A stretch of DNA of 45,052 nucleotides. Source: a virus. Its lineage: Duplodnaviria; Caudoviricetes. Below are positions 18,601 through 26,563 of the stretch, in pieces. The notes under the pieces are model-generated. The model saw only the letters and a program-made list of their open reading frames with translations, ran no database searches and had not been told where the DNA came from. Where the stretch lies: the IMG/VR virus record IMGVR_UViG_3300024187_000011, positions 1-45,052 of that record. One strand, written 5' to 3'. How positions within the stretch are numbered: the first letter of the stretch is position 1; each line of letters starts with the position of its first letter. A program made the translations under genes and the position numbers.

Positions 18601-19845
18601 GGCTGTCGCCATTCCCTCAACCGCTGTCGTAGCTGTCACCGCCGCCGCTGGAAGTTCCACGCCCATGAAGGCTAGGAGCGCGGGCGCGGTAGTCAGGATC
18701 TGCCCGACGACGTAGGTGATTCCTCCCAGAGCCAGCACCAGCGGACCCGTCACGGTCGCTACAGCACCGAACGCGAGCGCGATATTTTGAATTGGTGCCG
18801 GGAGTTTCCCAAACCATTCCGCCATCGCCTGAATAGAATCGAGAATCGGGTTCAGCGAATTGATGATGGTCTTAGCTACAGGTATTAGTGCGTCACCGAT
18901 CGCGATGAACGTTTTGCTGATTGAGTCCTGGAAGTTCGACCAGATTCCCTTCCAGGTTGCGGCCTGCAATTCCATCGCGCCGCCGAACTTCGCATTCATG
19001 GCGTCGATCAGGATCGGCATTGCGTCAACGCTCTTGACCAAGTTCTGTTCGATCATCTGACGCATTTTTGCAGTTGATACCTGGTATGCATCAGCGAGCG
19101 CTTGAATCGCCGGAACACCCTGATTCGCCAGAATGTTGATCTCTCGGAGATGAACGACTCCGAGGTTAATCATTTTCCCGAAGTCCTGAACCAGCGAATT
19201 GAGCCCGGCGAATCCGTGACCGCTACCGCTCGCGACGTCGCCCAGCGTTCGCAGCAACGGGATTACCTTTTCGGTTTCGACTCCGAAGCCGACCAGTTTC
19301 TGAGCCATTGCGACGACTCCGGGAATTTCAAACGGAGTGCGAAGCGCGAAATCGACCAGCCCCTTAATCAGCGTGTCGGTCTTTTCCACCGAACCGCTCA
19401 TCAGCGTCATGGCGGTTCTGGCTTCTTCCATGTTGCCGGCCAGTTTCAGGGCGTGAGTGCCGATCTCAATTAGCCCCGCCGAGACTCCAGAGAGTGCTCC
19501 GCCGATGTATACCATCGCGGTTCCGGCGTCGGTCAGGCTCTGCCCCAATTGCTGGAACGATTGCGCGGCGGTTCCGGCGTCGGTTTGCTTCCGCTGAAGT
19601 TCCTTGTCCAGCTCGACTGCGGCGCCCGTAGTAGTCGCCATCGCGTCAGCGAGCGCGCGTGAAGCATACGCTGCGCGGGTGAAGGCTTCGCTGCCGGCGT
19701 CTCCACCAGCCCCGGCTGTTTTCATCGCTGTCGCCGCAGCATCGCCAGCCGTGCGCGCTAGCGTGACCATTTCGGAAAGAGCTTGCCGGTACGGTCCTAG
19801 TTCCCCACCGACTGTAATCGTGAGATCGCTGCCGCCCGGTGTCAT
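15640..19845 (-). CDS. Tail tape measure protein
   Basis: 1401 aa Ala-rich helical; FALRTPFE...LRTLGDVASG tape-measure domain; position after tail chaperones. Confidence 0.9.
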   Translation of the reverse strand: MTPGGSDLTITVGGELGPYRQALSEMVTLARTAGDAAATAMKTAGAGGDAGSEAFTRAAYASRALADAMATTTGAAVELDKELQRKQTDAGTAAQSFQQLGQSLTDAGTAMVYIGGALSGVSAGLIEIGTHALKLAGNMEEARTAMTLMSGSVEKTDTLIKGLVDFALRTPFEIPGVVAMAQKLVGFGVETEKVIPLLRTLGDVASGSGHGFAGLNSLVQDFGKMINLGVVHLREINILANQGVPAIQALADAYQVSTAKMRQMIEQNLVKSVDAMPILIDAMNAKFGGAMELQAATWKGIWSNFQDSISKTFIAIGDALIPVAKTIINSLNPILDSIQAMAEWFGKLPAPIQNIALAFGAVATVTGPLVLALGGITYVVGQILTTAPALLAFMGVELPAAAVTATTAVEGMATATSTAAITMKAALMSLAPLALVVAAAATGAAIGWAEGMAKIEALQADFVRSTQGMEAAAAAMGKGMDDQAARIKVLVSTIEKYNQTAKEKLELPTFDPKASDGIERYVSALDRLVNKIPGYKTQFKDLSGAIDGVTTDFAKLPKALGEFTSGGAAFDVVKQKIDAIKEAQADANAVLDIAQATYKRLVKEMADGIATQDEVNRAYIALQKALKDAHPEIGTTTKAFDAQALSMQTTGIAIEKYIKLWGTIPWEVWTGSVQEAAAAIKEKGISIDKTVAALKKMADALEGPASTSAALKAQQDEIIGNINQLEGLKRAIEAANTVTTGWHQTLENGVIVWREASKEATGFTTTMENGVLVTRGAKEALDSMTGSVGKSGEAMIYTEGVWKTATEVLEGLSGAAKKAADSTESLGKVQATQQAQVDLTTGKLNDHATSLKRVASQATETGHVVSMATDKMKGSFMEGMNGMTVSGETFIAMLAQMGALSSQISLAARALGYIEIGNNNFISPEYKKAFDEKEKSNFEDLFGDLAASFGDAAEILKAKMKADADALADHTKAVETATGKYDDVMIQVNGLWMTVKESQNWWKDFLSHSAIPYSDAVGAMTIGSKQASDALGGLATAASSTADDLNTALDKVYGTTSTFSKTTGTVAEENAKFAEMMRNSTEDVQSTVRSQITNNLLRLGQNFYDATQAAQSLAYGMGSAADVITSAVVKIGGSVGVGAQQFVSTVEPGTSFSNEAAQKAFDEYQAKINAEYQAMMDRSAEAQRVSAALASGQTSGLSGVVRDVYGTLYDFNQQVNGMVAKLTPNGLGGFNTQWVSLRQTTEQLAEAQRKYEEQMEQERLARNAASAAEQKRLQELSNAYTDAVYSFGHNSEIMTYEAYSLLTFAQQQARNANNPLNDPQFSDLFPQPNYGFGINGTNRIGGFQNWTGGASPAVMMQPAGGGVTINVSGNNIMDQNTVNSLTNRIATQFTTILRTNAGLKV

Positions 19846-19864
19846 TTCCTGTAAGTGTACAGGG

Positions 19865-20290
19865 TCACTGAGTTATTTTGGAGAGCCGGTCGCGTTCTGC
19901 CTGTTGAATCGCGCCCCACTCTTCCGCTGAGAGCGTTCCGGTCTGCATTCCTGCAGCCTTGGCGAGCTTTTCAAGGTCGGCTTGTTGTGGGCGCCCCGGT
20001 CCCATATCGACCGCGGAAACGTCGCCGTTGACGACGTGCTGGACGTAGCGCAGTTCGTGAACGAAATCGATGTGGCGCCACGGTCGCCCGTCTGTTCGCT
20101 TGCCGGTCGAGCAAGCCTGCAGATACAGGAGTGCGACAAAACGCGAATCCATGCGCAGCTCGCGTTCTTCCGCACGTTCGATACATTCGGTGATCTCCCA
20201 TAGCGTGAGATCCCAAAAGTCAGGTAGGCCCAGGTCGCGCGCCTTCGACCAGAGACGAATCCAGAACTGATCTAGTTCGGCTTCTGATCG
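19865..20290 (-). CDS. Tail assembly chaperone, downstream (gpT-like) frame
   Basis: LGLPDFWDLTLWEI motif; open -1 frame overlapping end of 20272-20718 with no good start of its own; 5' boundary approximate. Confidence 0.55.
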   Translation of the reverse strand, partial: RSEAELDQFWIRLWSKARDLGLPDFWDLTLWEITECIERAEERELRMDSRFVALLYLQACSTGKRTDGRPWRHIDFVHELRYVQHVVNGDVSAVDMGPGRPQQADLEKLAKAAGMQTGTLSAEEWGAIQQAERDRLSKITQ

Positions 20291-20718
20291 GACAATTCCC
20301 GAGCTTTGTTTGCGGCGTCGATCATCTCCTGCGGAATGCTCTTCATGATCTGATCGCTGTACACCTTCAGCCGCTTCAAGGCCGGGCCGTTGTTTTCGCT
20401 CGCCTGGGCCGCAGCTTTTAACTGGGCCTCCTGACAGGCCATCTGAATGGTCTGCAGGTCTGTCAGTTCGAGCTGATCTTCCAGCTTTTCGATATCGACG
20501 TCTACCTGGTGAGCGACGCCGTGCTTGAACTGCAGCAGAATCGCGTTGACGGCCGCGGTTCCGGTCAGAGTGCGCTTGTCGCCTAGGATATCTACGCCGG
20601 CTTCCGCAAGACGCCGAACGTCTCCCGCGCGGTATTTGATAGTGTACTCGGTGCCGAGCAAAGTCAGTTTCGGATGACTTACCGGCGATACAGCTTTGTC
20701 TTCGTCCATGCGGCGCAT
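20272..20718 (-). CDS. Tail assembly chaperone (gpG-like)
   Basis: Between major tail and tape measure genes; true start may be the MDEDK Met. Confidence 0.7.
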   Translation of the reverse strand: MRRMDEDKAVSPVSHPKLTLLGTEYTIKYRAGDVRRLAEAGVDILGDKRTLTGTAAVNAILLQFKHGVAHQVDVDIEKLEDQLELTDLQTIQMACQEAQLKAAAQASENNGPALKRLKVYSDQIMKSIPQEMIDAANKARELSDQKPN

Positions 20719-20795
20719 GATAGCACGATAAACACAACGGGCGCGAGATGGCTTGCACCACCACGCGCCCGCGCGTTCCTTGGACGAAGGAAGTT

Positions 20796-21224
20796 TTAGA
20801 AGTAAATCTTGCCGGTGATCTTCAGCGTCACCTGCGCTTCGAGCACACCGCCGACTTTCGCGCTAGCCTTCCAGTCCTGAATAAATGCCGTGAAGCTGTA
20901 CGTCTTCGCTCCCGCTCCAGCAGGGAACACGATACGCCAGTCGCCCACGGTGCGCGAGTCCCAGATGCCGAGCAAGGTTTCGTGCGCAGGATCGTTCGGA
21001 ACCCAAAACAGCGGAAACGGGATGTCGCCAGGGTTGTGCAGCGTCGGAAAGAATTGACGCCACGGCTCCCCGGTCGAATGGCTCGTTACGTCCGCCGATT
21101 CGGTGGTCATCGAAGGCCCGCCCATGTCGCCCACATTCGCGACGGTTACGAACGTAGCCGGGCTTTGGCCGTCGCCATACTGCAACAGCGTATTGATCGC
21201 AGAGACTGCTTGCGGGATCGGCAT
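20796..21224 (-). CDS. Major tail tube protein (lambda gpV-like)
   Basis: GPSMTTESADVTSH...WRQFFPTLHNPGDI...WRIVFP...SFTAFI...LKITG. Confidence 0.85.
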   Translation of the reverse strand: MPIPQAVSAINTLLQYGDGQSPATFVTVANVGDMGGPSMTTESADVTSHSTGEPWRQFFPTLHNPGDIPFPLFWVPNDPAHETLLGIWDSRTVGDWRIVFPAGAGAKTYSFTAFIQDWKASAKVGGVLEAQVTLKITGKIYF

Positions 21225-21227
21225 TTT

Positions 21228-21665
21228 CTAATTCTCCTCTCGAATAAACATCTTGATATCCACAAATCGCAGGAAAATGGGGGGCGTTGTTTGCGGCTGA
21301 TCCATTTCCCATTCAGATAAAACGAAATTGGGCGCAGGCCCACCGGTCACAACCGGGTTATGCGACAAATCAAAACCGAGCACGGCAACCTTCAACGCCT
21401 GCGCGACGGTTCGAGCCTGCTCGGATCCACTCGCGCCGCCGCCTGCTACGGTGAACTGATACCGCGCCCATGCGAGCTTTCCCCATTCGGAATTTCCGAC
21501 CTGGTTCATCGCATACGGCCGCATCTGGCCGGGCATGAGCTGATAGGCGATCGCCGGCGTCGTGAATCCCTGCGCGAACTGCACCGGATAGAGGCGCGTT
21601 CCGATCAGACCGGCAAGCGTGGTGTTCGCCAGGAGAGCAGAACGCATTCGAGCTTCGACGCTCAT
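21228..21665 (-). CDS. Tail terminator / tail completion protein (DUF3168-like)
   Basis: LAGLIGTRLYPV...PAIAYQ...ARYQF; position before tail tube gene. Confidence 0.75.
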   Translation of the reverse strand: MSVEARMRSALLANTTLAGLIGTRLYPVQFAQGFTTPAIAYQLMPGQMRPYAMNQVGNSEWGKLAWARYQFTVAGGGASGSEQARTVAQALKVAVLGFDLSHNPVVTGGPAPNFVLSEWEMDQPQTTPPIFLRFVDIKMFIREEN

Positions 21666-22096
21666 CGGCGCACCCCCTGAAGAGTTTCAATCACACCGTG
21701 GCGGATCGTCTCTTCGGCTTCCACCTTCGTTTCGTCAAACGTGCTGCGCACGTAGCTTTGCGCCGGCTGGTGATAATTTCGCCCAAGAGCGTCGGGCCCA
21801 ACGAATCCGTATTCGATGCGTCGAGCGTATGCCGGATCGATTCCCCAGGGGTTCGCGGCTTCAACGACGGGCGAAACCGCCTTTACCTGACGCTCTGCTT
21901 CGTCCTGAACCGTCATGGTGTGGATCGAATCCCGCAGATGCCCGGTATCCACCGGGACGCGCTGCTTCATTCCGGTTTCCATCATGAACGCAGCTTCAGA
22001 GACACCGAACCGCAAGCCTTCGCGCGCAGCGGAGATCCACTTCTGAGCTTTTAGCTCGATTGCGCTGGTTCCCGAAACTGTGACGATCAGATTCAT
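21662..22096 (-). CDS. HK97 gp10-like neck protein
   Basis: PVDTGHLRDSI...YARRIEYG...PAQSYVR. Confidence 0.85.
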   Translation of the reverse strand: MNLIVTVSGTSAIELKAQKWISAAREGLRFGVSEAAFMMETGMKQRVPVDTGHLRDSIHTMTVQDEAERQVKAVSPVVEAANPWGIDPAYARRIEYGFVGPDALGRNYHQPAQSYVRSTFDETKVEAEETIRHGVIETLQGVRR

Positions 22097-22497
22097 TGCG
22101 TCTTGATCTGCACTGCTAACCGCGTCGTGATGTGCTGGCTGTCATGTTCAACCGAGAGCACATCGAACCCCGCCCCGTCGATCACCGCGAAATCACTCTG
22201 CAAAATCTCCGGATAATAGCCGTTAAGCAAAACGTGCCGCTGCTGCCGCTGCAAAGTCATCGTGACTAACTTCGTTTCGTCGGTCAGGTCCGGCCGCTGC
22301 AAAACTTCGGGCGCCGCCATGCACGGAATATCTACCATCCCTGAAACTTCTGACGCCCCGGCTAAGGTTCGATCCGGCTGGCCGCTTGCGTCCTGGGTTC
22401 CGGATGGACGCTTGATCGTGCACAGCGAACTGAACAGCCCGGCATCCTCTACGGCTTGCCGCGCTTCATCCAGCGTTGTGGTGATCGTCTCTAGCAT
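22093..22497 (-). CDS. Head closure / head-tail joining protein
   Basis: CTIKRP...DASGQ...VIDGAGFDVLSVE; synteny. Confidence 0.7.
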   Translation of the reverse strand: MLETITTTLDEARQAVEDAGLFSSLCTIKRPSGTQDASGQPDRTLAGASEVSGMVDIPCMAAPEVLQRPDLTDETKLVTMTLQRQQRHVLLNGYYPEILQSDFAVIDGAGFDVLSVEHDSQHITTRLAVQIKTQ

Positions 22498-22859
22498 CCG
22501 AGCCCCTGAATCTCCAACTCTTTGCGCCGTCGCTCTTGTCTCGCCAGACCGCTATCGACCATTGCCGCCACTGAGAAGCCGCCATTCTCGGCAACTTGAT
22601 CTCTGAACTGCTTCGCCTGCGCCTGCAGCGCCTTCGCTGCCTGCGTGAAATCTACCTGGATATCGAGCACCGTCAGCCGGTTTGACTTTCTTGCATATAG
22701 CGAAGCCAGGCTGTCGCTACCGTAGGCCGCGGCCAGAATAACATCCTGACTCGCCAAATCCAGAAACGCCGTGATCTCGGCATCCGTGAACACCGACGCT
22801 GCGGTATCGGCGATCAGGAGCCGAACCTTGCCGGCGTCAGTGCTGGGATCATACGGCAT
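22491..22859 (-). CDS. Head-tail adaptor
   Basis: KVRLLIADT...FTDAEITAFL; immediately after capsid gene. Confidence 0.75.
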   Translation of the reverse strand: MPYDPSTDAGKVRLLIADTAASVFTDAEITAFLDLASQDVILAAAYGSDSLASLYARKSNRLTVLDIQVDFTQAAKALQAQAKQFRDQVAENGGFSVAAMVDSGLARQERRRKELEIQGLGC

Positions 22860-22895
22860 GGGTTATTGGGGCCGAGCGAACCCGGCCCCTGCTTC

Positions 22896-24080
22896 TTACG
22901 AACCGGTGCCGTTCGAATACGCGGCCATCTTCGGATCGACCAGGCCAACGCCGAACTCGTGGCGTCCCTTGTATTCGATGGTGTCGTTGTCGAACGAACC
23001 CTCCATCACATCGGCCATTCCGCCGCCGACGCGCATCTGATCCGGAGCGCGCTGGAACAGTTCAGGAACTTCGTGGCCGCGCAGTAGCGCGACTTGAACT
23101 GCGGGCCGTCCGAGGTTTGGATCCGCGAACAGATACCATGCGGTTGCACCGTGGCTCGAAGCGTTGATGACATCTAGCCAGGGGGCGACGACCAGCTTCA
23201 CCTTGGCCGGCAGCGTGTTCTTCACCAGCAGCCGCTGGTTCGACGTTCCGCCCGCATCGTTCCACCAGATCGAATCGGCGTTCAGAATGCGGTTGGCCGT
23301 CTCTTCGAGCGCTTGCGGCACAACCAGGATCGCGCCCTGGATGAAGATCGGGCTACCGTCCGAGTTGAGTTGCTTCCGCATCACCGTAAGCCCGTCAGCG
23401 ATTCCGCCCGGGCTGAGGGCCGGGTTGTTCGTCAACGCGCCGTAGGTCTGCGTGATCAGGTTACGGTTTCCGGCAGCGAAGAACGTCGCGTTGCCGGCGT
23501 ACAGGTTCGTGAAGTTGTACTCTTCCATCGTTCGCGCGCCGATGCCCAGGAGCGAAGGCACACGCTGCAGAGCGTTCAGGTCGTCGTTGATGGTCGACTC
23601 CCAAGAGAAGCCCGCCTTTTCCCCGAACTTGTACACCTGGATGGTGTACTGTCCATCGGCGAACAAGACTTGCTTGTATGGCGCTTGCTCCGCGACTGGA
23701 CGCCAGGCTGCTGTTCCGCCGTCGATGGTGATGCTCTTGTTGGTACGGAAGTCGTTCACGACGTTCCGGTAGGCGATCATGGGCCAGCTCGCCGGAGCCA
23801 TTGTGTACTGATCGAGCAACGTGCGATACAGCGTGTCGCCCATCAGATACGGGAAATCGCTGGTGGTCTGCGCTTCGCGCAGTTTCAGCTTGATGCTCAG
23901 CGGATCCATGCGGCCGGTCTTGATGGCTTCCATCAAATTGCGCATGGCAAGCACGCTGCCACGGTCGAGAGCGCGGCCACCCATACGCAGATATCCGCGA
24001 TAGTCGCCGTCGCCAGAGCCAAGGCTTTGCAGCCCGGCTAGAGCCTGATCGGTTCGCTTCATTGCTTCGAGGAATTTCAT
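22896..24080 (-). CDS. Major capsid protein (Mu gpT-like, HK97 fold)
   Basis: TTSDFPYL...VNDFR...KFG...FSWESTINDDL...LVVPQALE...AWYLFADP...GVGLVD; start at MKFLEAM. Confidence 0.9.
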   Translation of the reverse strand: MKFLEAMKRTDQALAGLQSLGSGDGDYRGYLRMGGRALDRGSVLAMRNLMEAIKTGRMDPLSIKLKLREAQTTSDFPYLMGDTLYRTLLDQYTMAPASWPMIAYRNVVNDFRTNKSITIDGGTAAWRPVAEQAPYKQVLFADGQYTIQVYKFGEKAGFSWESTINDDLNALQRVPSLLGIGARTMEEYNFTNLYAGNATFFAAGNRNLITQTYGALTNNPALSPGGIADGLTVMRKQLNSDGSPIFIQGAILVVPQALEETANRILNADSIWWNDAGGTSNQRLLVKNTLPAKVKLVVAPWLDVINASSHGATAWYLFADPNLGRPAVQVALLRGHEVPELFQRAPDQMRVGGGMADVMEGSFDNDTIEYKGRHEFGVGLVDPKMAAYSNGTGS

Positions 24081-24099
24081 GGTGTCTGGTTCCCTTTCC

Positions 24100-24519
24100 T
24101 TAGCTGCCGATCGGCACAAACAGAATGTCGATGGTTGCCGTCGATCCGGACGCGATCTGCGTTCCGGAAGCGTAAGCCCCACCGCCCGCAGCGGCCGTGT
24201 CCGGCACGCCCAAGGCGTAGCCGATAAAATAGCCGCTCGAATCCTTGCTGATCACCTGAGACGCCGTGTCGCGGTACAGCTTGTCGCCGAGCGCAACCGC
24301 GGAGCCCGAGCCCGCGCTACCAACGGTCGAGAGCGCCTGAACCGACTTGCGCAGAACGAAAGTGCGGTTGATCTTGATCACCGTGTACGCGCTGTCGTAT
24401 CGGTCCAACAGCGCGACGCCGACGATAAATCCGTTGCGAACAACGTCGCCTTCGACGGTCCCCGAGGGGCACGCGATGGCGATTGTTTCGGTGGTTTCGA
24501 TTTGAATGACGGATGCCAT
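24100..24519 (-). CDS. Head decoration / cement protein (DUF2190-like)
   Basis: EGDVV...VGVAL...GDKLY...IGYAL; between protease and capsid genes. Confidence 0.7.
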   Translation of the reverse strand: MASVIQIETTETIAIACPSGTVEGDVVRNGFIVGVALLDRYDSAYTVIKINRTFVLRKSVQALSTVGSAGSGSAVALGDKLYRDTASQVISKDSSGYFIGYALGVPDTAAAGGGAYASGTQIASGSTATIDILFVPIGS

Positions 24520-24522
24520 TGG

Positions 24523-26163
24523 TTACGCCGCCTTTCCGATGCGCGCCAGTCTTTCGGCTTGCTCTTTGGTCTTTCCTTCGCGCATGTAGGATTCGACCAT
24601 CTGCTTTTCGAAATCGGCTTCGCTCAACTCGTCGCCGGTTTTGTCGGTCGAGCCGAGCCCGACGACCTTCACGCCCGAGCCTTCGACCAGCTTCGCGACG
24701 TACTCGCTCTCGCTCTTCGTCTCGGCTTCGACCAAGGCTTTGAGCTTCACCAGGTCCAAGTCGCCGGCTTCGGTGAACGGCAACACGCCGGCCAGGATGC
24801 GACCCTTGACGCGTGCGCGAATCCCTTCGAGCACGTCGACGCCTTGAAGCAGCGAGTCAACTTGCGTTGCAGCTTCGGCAACCGCCACGCGCTCACGGAG
24901 CTTGCGGTTTTCACCCTCCAGTCCCTTGATCTTGGTATCGGTTTCGGCTTTCGATGCTGTGATCGCCGCCTCGATAAGTTTCTTGATTTCGGCTTCGTTC
25001 ATGTTTTCCTCTCCCTGCTTGTCGGATTGGTGAACCCTCGCGGATTCGAAAAGACTCACAACTTGCCCACCGGCTCCCGGCGTCGTCACGTAATCAACGC
25101 TGATCGCGCGGGTCAATTCTTCAATCACTCGACCGGTTGAACCGTCCGGGAGCTTGCCTTCGCGGGCTTTCCCCTGCGCGCGGATCGACACGCCGATATC
25201 CTTCGCCATGTCGTCAATCGGCCTGCGATAGTGTTCGTACACTTTCGCCTTGGCGTACAAGCCCGGCCCCTTCGGGCCATCGGCGTAGTAGGCGTCTTCG
25301 GTGAGCACGCTTGCCAGGTCGTCAAGGTTGCCTTCCGGCCGCGCCGCCTCTTCCGCGTCGGTCTGGTGGTTCCAAAAGTTCTTGGTGCCGGCTCGGAATA
25401 CCTTCGGCCCGTCGCGCTTCAGCACGGCTTCCGAATAGAATCCGCTCGAACCAGGCCCGGGAGCGATGAGTTTGAGCAGCGTCGATCCGTCCTGCGCGAC
25501 TGCGCTTTCTCTCAGAGCAACGAACTCGTCAACGGTCGCTTCAACAATCGCGGCTTCCTGCGCGTGCGCCGGTAGGTGCGACGCCCAGCCCTTACGGGTC
25601 GCGATCTTGATGATGTTCGCTCGAATTGTCGCCGCGCTGTAGTTGTCTTTCCCGGCCCGACCAAGCGAACGAAACGCAGCGTCGATGTCTTCCGGCTTCA
25701 GGATCGGGAACGATTTACCCTTGCCAGCGAAGTCCGAAGACGACGCCTTGTCTCGCTCCGACCGCGGCACGAAGCGTTCGTACAGCATCCGCAGCACGCC
25801 AGGGATTTTCGCCAGCGGCTTTTCGAGAGGATCAAGCGATTCCATCGCGGCGACCCAATCGGCGTCGTTCGGCTCTGGTTCGTAGATTGTGCGGGGTTGG
25901 ACTGGCGAGCCCGCTCCGATACTGGCTTTGGTCGAACCGCCTGCGCTGGATATCTCATACGGAGCCAGCGCGTACTCACCCTGAAGGCAGTAAACGCAGC
26001 TGCCAGACTCGGCGTCCCCGAAATAATCGACCAGCCAGGGGTACCGGTCGGGGTACTGTTCGCTCAGCGCGTCCTGCAGCCGGCAGCGCACGTCCGACGA
26101 CGACAGCGCGTCCATCGCTTCCTGCAATCGGTGCGCCAGAGCGCTAATTCCCTCGCGAAGCAT
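24523..26163 (-). CDS. Capsid maturation protease / scaffold fusion
   Basis: LIAPGPGSSGFYSEAVL...NH...IGVSIRA...SVDYVTTPGAGG protease region plus C-terminal coiled coil. Confidence 0.8.
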   Translation of the reverse strand: MLREGISALAHRLQEAMDALSSSDVRCRLQDALSEQYPDRYPWLVDYFGDAESGSCVYCLQGEYALAPYEISSAGGSTKASIGAGSPVQPRTIYEPEPNDADWVAAMESLDPLEKPLAKIPGVLRMLYERFVPRSERDKASSSDFAGKGKSFPILKPEDIDAAFRSLGRAGKDNYSAATIRANIIKIATRKGWASHLPAHAQEAAIVEATVDEFVALRESAVAQDGSTLLKLIAPGPGSSGFYSEAVLKRDGPKVFRAGTKNFWNHQTDAEEAARPEGNLDDLASVLTEDAYYADGPKGPGLYAKAKVYEHYRRPIDDMAKDIGVSIRAQGKAREGKLPDGSTGRVIEELTRAISVDYVTTPGAGGQVVSLFESARVHQSDKQGEENMNEAEIKKLIEAAITASKAETDTKIKGLEGENRKLRERVAVAEAATQVDSLLQGVDVLEGIRARVKGRILAGVLPFTEAGDLDLVKLKALVEAETKSESEYVAKLVEGSGVKVVGLGSTDKTGDELSEADFEKQMVESYMREGKTKEQAERLARIGKAA

Positions 26164-26212
26164 GTAAACGGCATCCTGACATGGCTAAGGCGTTTCCCCA
26201 TAGCGTTTACAC

Positions 26213-26563
26213 GTGAATTACAATTGGGACTTGCCCGAACAAGCGAAACAGTCTGCCGACGTTCCACGTGGAACACCTGCGCTCGGAATGACCGCGCTGT
26301 GCACCAAATGCGGGCTTAACCCCAAGACACGCACGCATTTATGGTGCGCTGAGTGCCGCTCGGAGTATGGAAAGCGCCAGCGAGTTGACCGTTTGACGCG
26401 CGCCGAACGCCGCGGCTTCCTCATCGGCGCCCGGTTGATGCGTGACGAAGTGGTCGCGCTGTTTATGCGGCTTGGGGATTCGGGGATGAACGGGACGGCC
26501 GCGGCCCAGCTGGTACAGGCACGCCTCCAGCCGGATCAATTGGGGGTTCCTCGATTGGATTAG
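26213..26563 (+). CDS. Antisense hypothetical Zn-finger protein
   Basis: CTKC...WCAEC; lies in the gap between portal and protease and overlaps portal 3' end; start uncertain. Confidence 0.5.
   Translation: MNYNWDLPEQAKQSADVPRGTPALGMTALCTKCGLNPKTRTHLWCAECRSEYGKRQRVDRLTRAERRGFLIGARLMRDEVVALFMRLGDSGMNGTAAAQLVQARLQPDQLGVPRLD
26260..26275. promoter_or_regulatory. parS: parS-like centromere site
   Basis: CGTTCCACGTGGAACA, 15/16 to TGTTCCACGTGGAACA with a perfect 14-bp palindromic core. Confidence 0.7.

Noticed and set aside
26205-26220. Third parS-like site GTTTACACGTGAATTA
   Set aside because: Only the CACGTGAA core matches; arms too degenerate
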